From Deltaproteobacteria bacterium (lineage in GTDB: Bacteria > Myxococcota_A > UBA9160 > JAJDAL01), in contig JAJDAL010000004.1 of the NCBI GenBank assembly GCA_029261875.1, positions 21,656 through 85,655 of the forward strand: a stretch of DNA of 64,000 nucleotides, written 5' to 3'. Shown in pieces: positions 1-8,392 of the stretch. How positions within the stretch are numbered: position 1 is the stretch's first letter; the number at the start of each line of letters is the position of its first letter. The notes beneath the pieces are model-generated. The model ran no database searches and had not been told where the DNA came from. It worked only from the letters and a program-made list of their open reading frames with translations. The translations under genes and the position numbers were made by a program.

Positions 1-943
1 GACACAGAAGGCCGGTCCGCGAATCCTCGATCACATCGCAGGGGCCCGGCCAGCGACTGGCCACCGTCGGGATGGCCGCCGCCATGGCTTCGAGCACCAC
101 GATGCCCAGGGTTTCCGCGGGATAGCGGGTGGGGAACAAGAGCATGTGGGCTTCGGCGAACTCGCGCCATTTGGCAGCGCCTTCGAGCAGTCCCCGGGGC
201 GACACGACGGAAGTGAGATCGAGTTCTCGGCGGCGCAACTCGAAGCGCGCGCGTTCGCCCGCGTCGGGCCATTCCCCCACCAGATGGATTCGAAAGTCGA
301 CCCCGCGCTTGCGCAGCCGGTCCGCCACTTCGAGCACCGTGTCGATCCCCTTGCTCTCCGTGTGCATCCCCACGAACAGCAATCGGAGCGTATCGGTGCT
401 CGCGGGGGCGGGAAGTACCGGCGGCTCCGGGATTCCGTAGGGAACCGTGGCGATTTGCCGCGCACCAAAGCGCTCGCCATCCGCTGGGCTGCTCGGCCCG
501 ATTTGCACGGCGATGTCGGGTTCTCCGTACGCACGCCGGCTGAGCCAACGCAGCCAGGGGCGGGCGGCGACGAATGCCCCGACACCCCCCGCGTGAAAAT
601 GAAACACCGTGGCGTGCGCAAAGGGACGCACCAGCGTCAGGTAGATCAGGTCGCGCAGGACGGGGACCAGGGCCGGAGGCGCGGGTGGGTAATAGAGCAC
701 GCTGGGTTCGCGGCGGAGGATGGCGATCGAACGCAGGGTCAGCGACAGGAGTTCCCAGAGTTTCCCCAGGCGGAAGCTTCCGACGTCCGCAAGCGTGCGA
801 CTGAACGACATGCGCAGATGCTGAGTTCGCAGACCTGCGAAGGAAGCGCGCGTCAGCTGTTCGATGGCTTTCGATTGGCCGTGGGTAGGCGGCGGCGTCT
901 GGCCCACCAGCAGAACCGATCGAATGGGACGGCGATCTTCCAC
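1..943 (-). CDS. glycosyltransferase family 4 (GT-B fold), partial; 3' end runs off the left edge
   Basis: Absent from the ORF track because no stop lies inside the window. Manual reverse-strand translation from GTG(943) reads VEDRRPIRSVLLVGQTPPPTHGQSKAIEQL...LRLLFVGMHTESKGIDTVLEVADRL...HMLLFPTRYPAETLGIVVLEAMAAAIPTVASRWPGPCDVIEDSRTGLLC. This is the C-terminal EX7E-type signature of GT4 enzymes. The GTG directly abuts the TAG stop (944-946) of the upstream gene. Confidence 0.8.
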   Translation of the reverse strand, partial: MEDRRPIRSVLLVGQTPPPTHGQSKAIEQLTRASFAGLRTQHLRMSFSRTLADVGSFRLGKLWELLSLTLRSIAILRREPSVLYYPPAPPALVPVLRDLIYLTLVRPFAHATVFHFHAGGVGAFVAARPWLRWLSRRAYGEPDIAVQIGPSSPADGERFGARQIATVPYGIPEPPVLPAPASTDTLRLLFVGMHTESKGIDTVLEVADRLRKRGVDFRIHLVGEWPDAGERARFELRRRELDLTSVVSPRGLLEGAAKWREFAEAHMLLFPTRYPAETLGIVVLEAMAAAIPTVASRWPGPCDVIEDSRTGLLC

Positions 944-1924
944 CTAGGGCTCGAGCAAGCCGCGCGCGGCGAGTTGGCCGCGAATCCAGTCGTAGGTTTT
1001 CTCGAGACCGGCCTCGAGGCTGATCTGGGGTTCCCAACCGAGGACTTCCCGCAAGCGCGTGTTGTCGCTGTTTCGACCGCGCACGCCCGTCGGCTTGTCG
1101 AGGTCGTGTCGCTTGCGAATCTGTTTCTGGGCGATCTTGGCGACGATATCGACGAGTTCGTTGACGGAGATCAGACGATCCTGCCCCAGGTTCAGGGGCT
1201 CGGCGTAGTCGGACAGCATGAGTCGATGGATGCCTTCGACGCAGTCGTCGACGAAACAATAGGAACGCGTTTGCTCCCCATCGCCCCACACGTCAATGGT
1301 GTCGCCATCCAGCGCCTGGGCGATCTTGCGACACATGGCGGCCGGTGATTTCTCGCGTCCGCCGTCGTAGGTGCCCTTTGGACCGAAGATGTTGTGGAAG
1401 CGAACAATCCGCGTCTCGAGTCCGTAGTCTTCGCGATAGTGGCGGCAAAGACGTTCGGCGAAGAGCTTCTCCCAACCGTAGCCGTCCTCGGCGTCCGCGG
1501 GGTAGGCGTGCTCTTCGCACAAGGGCTCGACGTCCGGCGATTCCTGGCGGTAGCCCGGATAGATGCACGCCGAGGACGTAAATAGGTAACGGCGCACTCC
1601 CTGCAGGCGAGCCGCTTCCAGCATGTGGGCGTTGATGAGCACGTTGTCGTGCATGATCACCGCTTTGTTGGCCTCGATGAATCCGATGCCCCCCATGTTG
1701 GCCGCCAGGTTGTAGACGTGATCGATCTCCCGGGTTGCTACCAAGCAATCGTCCCGGCGCTTCAGGTCGAGCAGTTCGAATTCCTGGGCAGGCGATTCCT
1801 CGTACTCGGGTTTCTTTACGTCCACTCCCCGGACCGTGTAGCCCTTCGCCACGAGGTGCTGACACAGGTGGTGGCCGATGAATCCACCGGCTCCGGTTAC
1901 GAGAACGCGCTCGGATTGCTTCAT
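944..1924 (-). CDS. NAD-dependent sugar-nucleotide epimerase, GDP-mannose 3,5-epimerase-like (extended SDR)
   Basis: Last 326 aa of track ORF 944..2767, from MKQSERVLVTGAGGFIGHHL (Rossmann GxxGxxG). Motifs NLAANMGGIGFI, SSACIYP, GREKSPAAMCRK and GVRGRNSDN match my recollection of GDP-mannose 3,5-epimerase. ATG(1924) overlaps the upstream stop as ATGA. The Arg/Pro-rich 281 aa further upstream in this frame overlap the real GT26 gene and were discarded. Confidence 0.85.
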   Translation of the reverse strand: MKQSERVLVTGAGGFIGHHLCQHLVAKGYTVRGVDVKKPEYEESPAQEFELLDLKRRDDCLVATREIDHVYNLAANMGGIGFIEANKAVIMHDNVLINAHMLEAARLQGVRRYLFTSSACIYPGYRQESPDVEPLCEEHAYPADAEDGYGWEKLFAERLCRHYREDYGLETRIVRFHNIFGPKGTYDGGREKSPAAMCRKIAQALDGDTIDVWGDGEQTRSYCFVDDCVEGIHRLMLSDYAEPLNLGQDRLISVNELVDIVAKIAQKQIRKRHDLDKPTGVRGRNSDNTRLREVLGWEPQISLEAGLEKTYDWIRGQLAARGLLEP

Positions 1925-2742
1925 TGCGGGGGTCCTTTTGCAAAGGGCGCGCGCATTCGAGCGAAGGCGGACGCCAGGATGAAACGGGGGACGATGCGGA
2001 GGTAGCGGCGCCAAAGACGCTTCGGTTCCGCACACAGGCGAAAGAGCCACTCGAGCCCCGCGCGTTGGACCATGCGCGGTGCGCGTTTCAACGTTCCCGC
2101 CAAGAAATCGAACGCGGCCCCCACACCGATCATCACCGCCGGTACGTTTCCGCGCTGACGTGCCATCCAGCGCTCCTGCTTGGGGCAACCGAGGCCCACG
2201 AACAGCCATTGCACTCGCGAATCCGCGATGCTGGCGGCGATTTCGCGTTCCTCGTCGGCGTCGAGTTCGCGGAACGGCGGGCTCGCCGTGTAGACGATTT
2301 CGAGCTCCGGAAAGCGTTCGGACAAGCGCGTGCGCAAAGCGTGGAGGGTTTCCGGCGTCGATCCGTAGAAACCGACGCGAATGCCCATGCGGGCGGCGAG
2401 CGCACACAGTCGCCAGGTGAGATCGGGGCCCGAAACGCGCTCGGCGCGGCGCAGCCCCTGGGCGCGCAAAGCCCACACCAACGGAACGCCATCGGGTACC
2501 ACCAGGTCCGCGTGCTCGAGGATTTCCCGGAAGTCCGGATCGTCGCGGGCTTCGATGACCGAATGAACGCTCGCCGCGCACACCACCCGACTCTTGCCTT
2601 CCGTGCTCCACGTAACGGCGCGAGCGAGCGCGTCGACGTAGCTCGTACGGTTCACGCGCACGCCCAACACGCGTCGCGAATCGGAGCTGTGCGCGCCGGA
2701 AGAGGAAGCGGCCACGGGGGGTGTTTGTTCCAAGGAATTCAC
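1921..2742 (-). CDS. WecB/TagA/CpsF family glycosyltransferase (GT26)
   Basis: C-terminal 273 aa of track ORF 1921..3171: VLGVRVNRTSYVDALARAV...VVCAASVHSVIEA...ADLVVPDGVPLVWA...WLFVGLGCPKQERWMA...VMIGVGAAFDFLAGTLKRAP, the GT26 pattern. Start set at in-frame GTG 2742, 25 nt after the upstream stop. GTG 2715 is an alternative. Confidence 0.75.
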   Translation of the reverse strand: MNSLEQTPPVAASSSGAHSSDSRRVLGVRVNRTSYVDALARAVTWSTEGKSRVVCAASVHSVIEARDDPDFREILEHADLVVPDGVPLVWALRAQGLRRAERVSGPDLTWRLCALAARMGIRVGFYGSTPETLHALRTRLSERFPELEIVYTASPPFRELDADEEREIAASIADSRVQWLFVGLGCPKQERWMARQRGNVPAVMIGVGAAFDFLAGTLKRAPRMVQRAGLEWLFRLCAEPKRLWRRYLRIVPRFILASAFARMRAPFAKGPPQ

Positions 2743-2767
2743 CGGTTGCGAGCGAAACTGCCCACAC

Positions 2768-3682
2768 TTATCGGCTGGGAGCACGTCCCGCTTGAAACGG
2801 TGAAGCGACGCTGCGCAGGCGACGGCGGGCGCCGAGCCAGCGACGTTGGACTTGGCGCCAGAGTCCCAAGGGAAACCCCGGCGTGTTCCACCCGAACAGG
2901 GACCGAAGCTCCTCGGGGGAACGCCGGAACTCGGCACCGAGTTCCACCGCACCGAGTTCGGGGTGCGCTGTTGCGTCGAAGTTCTCGTAGGTGAGTTCTG
3001 GAAACTCCCGGCGTTGCCAGGCGTCGAAAACGCTTCCGTCCGGGTCGTCCATGCCCAGCAGGCCCGTGGGGGGGCCGTGCAGAAAGAATGGGCGCCCTGA
3101 GAAGAGGGAGTAGAAGGCCGCGGTGCCCACCCGGTTCGAGGTGACGAAGGCGTGGGATCGGATGCTCGCACGCTGGCGGAACACGAACTCCGGGTCGCCT
3201 TCCCGGTGCCCGTTCGTCACCACCGAAAAACCGCGTTGCTCGAAGATCGCGCGGATTCGGGGCTCGGAATGTTCGAGCCAATACAGGCAGACCGTGATCG
3301 GTCCGAAGCCGTCGCGTTCGAGTTGCCCGAGTGCTTCTGCATAGTCGCGCAGGTCGCCGGCTACGCGCGCCTCCTCCCAACCGTGGAAGGGAAAGGCGAG
3401 TAGACTGCGATCCTGGGGCCCGGGCGGCGGGCTGTCTTCCGGTAGATAGAGAAACGGAGAGCCGATGGGGACGACGTCGCGATACCCGGCGCGTTCGCAC
3501 GCATCCCGATTGCGCGCGGACCACACGTACTTGGGCCAGGGCTCCGCGAATTGGTGAGCGGGCAGGCCGATGTCGTCGTTCCAACCGTGTTGGAGCAATC
3601 CCGGGACGAAATAGCGGTCCCCCACACCGCAATAGCGGCGCAGAATGGCTCCGTGGCCGTAGAACTTGTCGTGGCTGAACAC
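2768..3682 (-). CDS. hypothetical protein in glycan cluster (no family recognised)
   Basis: Track ORF, 304 aa; its ATG abuts the stop of the upstream GT2 gene (3683). The composition is balanced and not Arg/Pro-biased, with aromatic-rich segments (FPFHGWEE, VCLYWLEHSEP, FVTSNRVGTAAFYSLFSGRPFFLHGPP). That argues for a real protein, but I recognise no domain. Confidence 0.6.
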   Translation of the reverse strand: MFSHDKFYGHGAILRRYCGVGDRYFVPGLLQHGWNDDIGLPAHQFAEPWPKYVWSARNRDACERAGYRDVVPIGSPFLYLPEDSPPPGPQDRSLLAFPFHGWEEARVAGDLRDYAEALGQLERDGFGPITVCLYWLEHSEPRIRAIFEQRGFSVVTNGHREGDPEFVFRQRASIRSHAFVTSNRVGTAAFYSLFSGRPFFLHGPPTGLLGMDDPDGSVFDAWQRREFPELTYENFDATAHPELGAVELGAEFRRSPEELRSLFGWNTPGFPLGLWRQVQRRWLGARRRLRSVASPFQAGRAPSR

Positions 3683-4678
3683 TTACGGAGAGAAGCGCGG
3701 TCCGGGATCGAAACGGCGCCCCTTGAAGAAGAACCCCAAGGCGCCTGCGATCGTGCCCCGCGCTTCGGCGATGGCGAGGCGGAGGCGGGATCGGTTGCGT
3801 CCGCGCCGACGAAGGGCCGTGTAGACGCGCTTGGCCGCCGTGACAAAGGAACCAATCACCAACAGCGCGCGCACGCGCACGGTCGGATCGAATCCCGAAG
3901 CCAGGAGGGTCAGGACGGCCCAGGTGCGGCCCACGTTGCGTCGCAGCTCCGCGTGGTAGCCGAGATCCATTCGCTCTTCGCCGATGGAGTGCACCAGGTT
4001 CATGGCCGGGTTGTACCAAAGCTCGAAGCCCGCGTTGCGGACGCGCAGAACGATTTCGGAGTCGTCCCCGGCTGAAAGGGCCTTCCCCTGGCGACCGACG
4101 AGCTGCATGAGTTCCAGCGCACCGGAACGCTCGAGGGCGTTGCGGCGGCATACGAGTCCAGCTCCGACCAGGTACGCAAAGCCGTTGCGAGGCAACCGCC
4201 GCGGCAGATCGCCGTAGTCCTGGTGGGAAAGGCTCTTGCGCTGGGCGGCAATGAAGGGGGTGGGGTCCACCGCCCAGTCGAGCGTCACGCGCCCGCCGAT
4301 GGCGCCCGCGGACTTGTGCTCGTTCGCGAAATCGACCGCTTCGGAGATCCAGTTGGGGTCGAGGACGCAATCGTCGTCCACGAAGGCCACGAGCTCCGCG
4401 TCCGCGTACTCGAACCCGCAGCGTCGGGCGTAGGCCAGGCCCTGCTTGGGTTCGTGAACGAGTTTGAGTTCGGGGATCCGTCCTTCTTCGCGAAACCGGT
4501 GGGCCACCACCGGCGTGTCGTCCTCGCAGTTGTTGTCGACCACGACGACGGACCAGCTGACGTTGGCCTTCACCTTCTGATCCGCGAGGGATTGAAGCGT
4601 TCGGCCGAGCTGTTCGGATCGATTGTGGGTGCAGATCACAATCGCCATTGAATCGCGGTGGGGGGAACCGGGTTTCAT
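3683..4678 (-). CDS. glycosyltransferase family 2 (GT-A)
   Basis: Track ORF 3683..4732. GT2 signature AIVICTHNRSEQLGRTLQSL...VVVVDNNCEDDT...FVDDDCVLDPNW. Start uncertain: TTG 4732, ATG 4678 (chosen) or ATG 4648 (MAIVICTHN). Confidence 0.8.
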   Translation of the reverse strand: MKPGSPHRDSMAIVICTHNRSEQLGRTLQSLADQKVKANVSWSVVVVDNNCEDDTPVVAHRFREEGRIPELKLVHEPKQGLAYARRCGFEYADAELVAFVDDDCVLDPNWISEAVDFANEHKSAGAIGGRVTLDWAVDPTPFIAAQRKSLSHQDYGDLPRRLPRNGFAYLVGAGLVCRRNALERSGALELMQLVGRQGKALSAGDDSEIVLRVRNAGFELWYNPAMNLVHSIGEERMDLGYHAELRRNVGRTWAVLTLLASGFDPTVRVRALLVIGSFVTAAKRVYTALRRRGRNRSRLRLAIAEARGTIAGALGFFFKGRRFDPGPRFSP

Positions 4679-4868
4679 GGGGTTTTGTCCAGTTGTTTGG
4701 ATCCTCTTCGGCCTGTTGTGGTGCGAACCCAATGCCCCGTTTCCGGCTATTTCGTGGGCGATAACCCGGGTTTGAGCAGTGGGGGGTTTCTGAGGCGGGG
4801 GTTCTCAAGCGGAGGAGGGCTCGCTTCGATAGGTCAGGAAGGGACGCTTCATCGAAAGGGAATCGACG

Positions 4869-5711
4869 TTGGCCGCAGGAAGCGTTTCACAACCGCGACG
4901 GATCGAAGCCAGTCGCGCCTGGAAGCTGGGCGACGCCGGCGAGTTGTGGCGCTACCGCGATCTGCTGTGGTTCTTCACCCTGCGCAACATTCAGGTCCGC
5001 TACAAGCAAGCCGTGTTTGGCGCCCTGTGGGCCGTGATTCGTCCCTTCACCGCCATGGTGGTTCTGAACCTGTTCTTTGGCGTCTGGTTGGGCCTCGCTC
5101 AACGGGTGGATACGGGGATTCCCTATCCCGTCTTCTTGTTCGCCGGGCTGTTGCCGTGGACCTTCTTCTCGGAATCCGTGCGCGGTGCGGGCGAGAGCCT
5201 GGTGTTGAATGCCGACCTGGTGCGCAAGATCTACTTCCCGCGCATCGTGGTCCCGCTGGCTTCCTTGGGTGTACCGCTGCTCGACTTCGCGATATCGGTC
5301 GTCATCTTGCTGGCGATGATGGTCTGGTACGGGGTGGCGATCTCCGTGTCGGTCCTGTGGATTCCCGCGCTGCTCGTCTCCATGCTTTTGACCGTCATCG
5401 GCGTCGGGACGCTGCTGTCCGCACTCGCCGTATCGTTTCGCGATTTCAAATATGTAATTCCCTTCATGATCCAGATCTGGTTCTACGCAACACCGGTGAT
5501 CTACCCCCTGTCGGCGCTGCCCGAAGGGGGGCAATGGCTGGCCTCTCTCAACCCGGTGGCGGGTCCCATCGCGGCTTTTCGGGCCGTGCTACTGGGAACG
5601 CCGTTGGACACGGCGAGTTGGCTGCTCAGTACGTTCGTCGGTCTGACGCTCACGATCGCAGGCTTGCTCTGGTTTCACCGCGTCGAACGCCGCTTCGCGG
5701 ACGTGGTCTGA
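4869..5711 (+). CDS. wzm: ABC-2 type polysaccharide/O-antigen export permease
   Basis: Track ORF, 280 aa (TTG start). Family pattern LWRYRDLLWFFTLRNIQVRYKQAVFGALWAVIRPF followed by multiple hydrophobic segments. Its ATPase partner starts 1 nt after the stop. Confidence 0.85.
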   Translation: MAAGSVSQPRRIEASRAWKLGDAGELWRYRDLLWFFTLRNIQVRYKQAVFGALWAVIRPFTAMVVLNLFFGVWLGLAQRVDTGIPYPVFLFAGLLPWTFFSESVRGAGESLVLNADLVRKIYFPRIVVPLASLGVPLLDFAISVVILLAMMVWYGVAISVSVLWIPALLVSMLLTVIGVGTLLSALAVSFRDFKYVIPFMIQIWFYATPVIYPLSALPEGGQWLASLNPVAGPIAAFRAVLLGTPLDTASWLLSTFVGLTLTIAGLLWFHRVERRFADVV

Positions 5712-5712
5712 C

Positions 5713-6945
5713 GTGTCGGAATTCGCCCTCGAAGTAAGCGGCCTCGGCAAACGCTATCGCGTTGGTGGGGCCCCCCATACGGATCTGCGCGATTGGATCC
5801 GCAATGCGGTCACGCGTCCCTGGGCCTTGGCGCGCCGCGCGCCGCGCGGGGAATCCTTCTGGGCTTTGCGCGACGTGTCCTTCGACGTTCGGCCCGGCGA
5901 AGTGGTGGGCGTCGTCGGCGCCAACGGAGCCGGCAAGTCGACGCTGCTCAAGATCCTTTCGGAAATCACGGAACCCACCCGGGGGCACGCGGACATTCGC
6001 GGCCGCGTGGGTTGCTTGCTGGAGGTGGGCGCTGGCTTTCATCCCGAGTTGACCGGACGCGAGAACGTCTATTTGAGTGCGTCGATTCTCGGCATGCGGC
6101 GCCACGAGATCCAACAGCGCTTCGACGAGATCATCGCCTTCGCGGAGATCTCGCGTTTCATCGATACACCGGTCAAGCGCTACTCGAGCGGGATGTATCT
6201 GCGCCTGGCGTTCTCGGTGGCCGCGCATCTCGAAACCGAAATCCTGATCGTGGATGAGATCCTGGCGGTGGGGGACGCCGCATTCCAACGCAAATGCATT
6301 CAGAAGATGGCGGACGTTTCGAGCAGCGGCCGCACGGTTCTGTTCGTGAGCCACAATGCGGGTGCCGTGCGTCAGCTGTGCAGTCGCGGACTCTGGCTGC
6401 GCGAGGGCGAACTGGCCCTGGATGCCAGCGCCGATGAAGCCGTGGCCGCGTATCTGGGCGAACTCGACGAGCGCGCGGGCCGCGATCTATCCCAGCGCAA
6501 CGATCGCAGCGGCCGCGGCCAGAGCCGCCTGGTGGGATTGCGCATTCACTCCGCCGGCCGCGAGACGGAAAAAGTCGCCGTAGGCGACGACGTTCGAATC
6601 GAATTCGAGGTGTCGCGTACGCTGCCGGATCTGTCCTGTTGGTTCGCCGTGCAGGATGCCCAGGGGGCCGTGGTGGCGAGCTTTCCGAGCGAGTCGCTGC
6701 CGGAAGGCGCGGCCTCCGAGAGTCACGCGGTTTTTACCTGCGAGCTTCCCAAGCTGTTGCTGCGACCGGGCCGCTATCGCGTACCCGTCATCTTGCGCGC
6801 GGGTCCCGAAGTCCAGGATCGCATCGAATCCGCGGCGGTCTTCGAAGTCATCGACGGTGCGGTGGACGGCGTGCCGGTGACGGCCAACGGGGACCCGGGA
6901 ACCGTGCACCTCCCGCACGCTTGGATCGTCCCGCCGGCGGACTAG
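5713..6945 (+). CDS. wzt: polysaccharide/O-antigen ABC exporter ATP-binding protein with C-terminal glycan-binding-type domain
   Basis: Track ORF, 410 aa. Walker A GANGAGKST, ABC signature YSSGMYLRLAF, Walker B ILIVDE. An extra ~160 aa beta-rich C-terminal domain (RIHSAGRETEKVAVGDDVRIEFEV...RYRVPVILRAG) resembles the Wzt C-terminal carbohydrate-binding domain. Confidence 0.9.
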   Translation: MSEFALEVSGLGKRYRVGGAPHTDLRDWIRNAVTRPWALARRAPRGESFWALRDVSFDVRPGEVVGVVGANGAGKSTLLKILSEITEPTRGHADIRGRVGCLLEVGAGFHPELTGRENVYLSASILGMRRHEIQQRFDEIIAFAEISRFIDTPVKRYSSGMYLRLAFSVAAHLETEILIVDEILAVGDAAFQRKCIQKMADVSSSGRTVLFVSHNAGAVRQLCSRGLWLREGELALDASADEAVAAYLGELDERAGRDLSQRNDRSGRGQSRLVGLRIHSAGRETEKVAVGDDVRIEFEVSRTLPDLSCWFAVQDAQGAVVASFPSESLPEGAASESHAVFTCELPKLLLRPGRYRVPVILRAGPEVQDRIESAAVFEVIDGAVDGVPVTANGDPGTVHLPHAWIVPPAD

Positions 6946-8324
6946 AAGGCGCCCTTGCTGGTCTGTACCACGGAGATCGTTTTCAGCAAGATCCAGATGT
7001 CGAGCAGGAGCGAGCGATTCTGGATGTAGTAGAAGTCGTATTGCAGGTTGTCGTGCAGCGGTAGGTCCTTGCGGCCCAGGATCTGCCAGAGCCCGGTGAT
7101 GCCGGGTTTCACGCGCAGCCGACGCTTCTGCCATTCCTCGTAGGTCTCGACGATAAAGGGCATTTCGGGGCGCGGTCCCACCAGGCTCATCTCGCCCCGC
7201 AGGACGTTCCACAGCTGCGGCAACTCGTCGATACTCGTGCGGCGAAGCTGGTGCCCCACGCGCGTGACGCGCGGGTCTTCGTGGTTGCGGGGTGCCAACG
7301 CGTATTTCGGGGTTTCGATGCGCATGGTCCGGAACTTGTGCAGCGTGAAGGCGCGGCCGTGCTGGCCGCAACGCTGCTGCGAGAAGATGACGGGCCCAGG
7401 ACTGTCGAGGCGGATGCGGAGCGCGTACCAGGCGAAGATCGGGCTCGTCACCGCCAGCAGGAGCGACGCCGCGACGATGTCGAAGGCGCGCTTCATGGGG
7501 ACGTAGAAGCGGTCCCGGTTGCCTCCACCGAGTCGCACCAGGGGAAGATCGCCAATCATGTCGATGCGGGTGTCGTTGGTGAGGACGTCGAACAGGTCCG
7601 TCAGCATGCGGAAGGTCACCGGGAGGTCTTCGCACTCGATCACGAAAGACAACAGCCGGTGATGATCGATGCCCGGCAGGGCGATGAAGACCTCTTCGAT
7701 GCCGTGTTCTTCGACGACGCGGCGCAACTCCTTCAGCGTTCCGAGCACGGGACGGTCCGCAACGCTTCCGTCTCCCTGGGCGCGGTTGCCGTCCACGAAT
7801 CCCACGACCCGGTAGCCGGTCTCGGGATGGTCCTCGAGCTTTTGCAACAGGCGGACGCCCGGAACACCGGAACCCACGATCAGCGCCGGTACGTCCGTCC
7901 GACCCGTTCGGTGGTGGAAGCGTTCGATGCGCAGGAAGATCGCGCGAGAAAGCCCCTGCAGGAAAAGGTTGAGTCCGGTCGAGAGCAATACCACGAGACG
8001 ACCGAAGTCGTATTCCTTCGAGAAGAAGCTGATGGTGGAGATGACGAGTAGACCCAGCACCACGCCGCGCAGCAGGTCCCGCGCGTGGGAGAGCCAGCTC
8101 GCCATGCGGTTGACGCGGTAGACGCCGAACAGCGCGCAGGACAGGATCCAGGGGCCGACGATCCACGGCAGCGCCGAGAGGTAGTTCTCGAACGGATTGA
8201 TGGGTCGCCCGACGACGTCGTTCAACCCGAAGCGAATCCAATACGCCCCGAGCCAACCGGTGGAGACCAGCAGCACATCCGCGCACAAGTGAAAACGCCG
8301 AAGCGCCTTGGGGGAAACACCCAT
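6942..8324 (-). CDS. polyprenyl-phosphate sugar phosphotransferase (WbaP/WcaJ-type large PGT)
   Basis: C-terminal 460 aa of track ORF 6942..9509, from ATG 8324 (MGVSPKALRRF...). It has N-terminal TM segments, a central linker (ALIVGSGVPGVRLLQKL) and a bacterial sugar-transferase domain (KRAFDIVAASLLL...PVIFSQQRCGQHGRAFTLHKFRTM...DELPQLWNVLRGEMSLVGPRP). Its stop and the convergent wzt stop share one palindromic CTAG (6942-6945). Confidence 0.88.
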   Translation of the reverse strand: MGVSPKALRRFHLCADVLLVSTGWLGAYWIRFGLNDVVGRPINPFENYLSALPWIVGPWILSCALFGVYRVNRMASWLSHARDLLRGVVLGLLVISTISFFSKEYDFGRLVVLLSTGLNLFLQGLSRAIFLRIERFHHRTGRTDVPALIVGSGVPGVRLLQKLEDHPETGYRVVGFVDGNRAQGDGSVADRPVLGTLKELRRVVEEHGIEEVFIALPGIDHHRLLSFVIECEDLPVTFRMLTDLFDVLTNDTRIDMIGDLPLVRLGGGNRDRFYVPMKRAFDIVAASLLLAVTSPIFAWYALRIRLDSPGPVIFSQQRCGQHGRAFTLHKFRTMRIETPKYALAPRNHEDPRVTRVGHQLRRTSIDELPQLWNVLRGEMSLVGPRPEMPFIVETYEEWQKRRLRVKPGITGLWQILGRKDLPLHDNLQYDFYYIQNRSLLLDIWILLKTISVVQTSKGAF

Positions 8325-8392
8325 TCGTACCGCACCTGGGAGAGGTTCGGTTATGGAATCGGATGCGCTTGGCCGTGGCTTAAGGAGAACCG

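Noticed and set aside
146-1348. 400-aa plus-strand ORF across the left end
   Set aside because: It is antisense to the GT4 and epimerase genes, which have clear family motifs. Its sequence is Arg/Gly/Asp-rich with no recognisable domain. Typical high-GC shadow ORF.
2739-4808. 689-aa minus-strand ORF
   Set aside because: It is an alternative frame over the orphan and GT2 genes. It is extremely Arg/Pro/Gly-rich (for example RRRGRQQLRGRHAGGGPP) with no motifs, whereas the competing frame carries GT2 signatures.
6487-8286. 599-aa minus-strand ORF
   Set aside because: It is an off-frame overlap of the phosphoglycosyltransferase and the wzt 3' end, with Arg/Pro-rich low-complexity sequence. The sugar-transferase motifs lie in the other frame.
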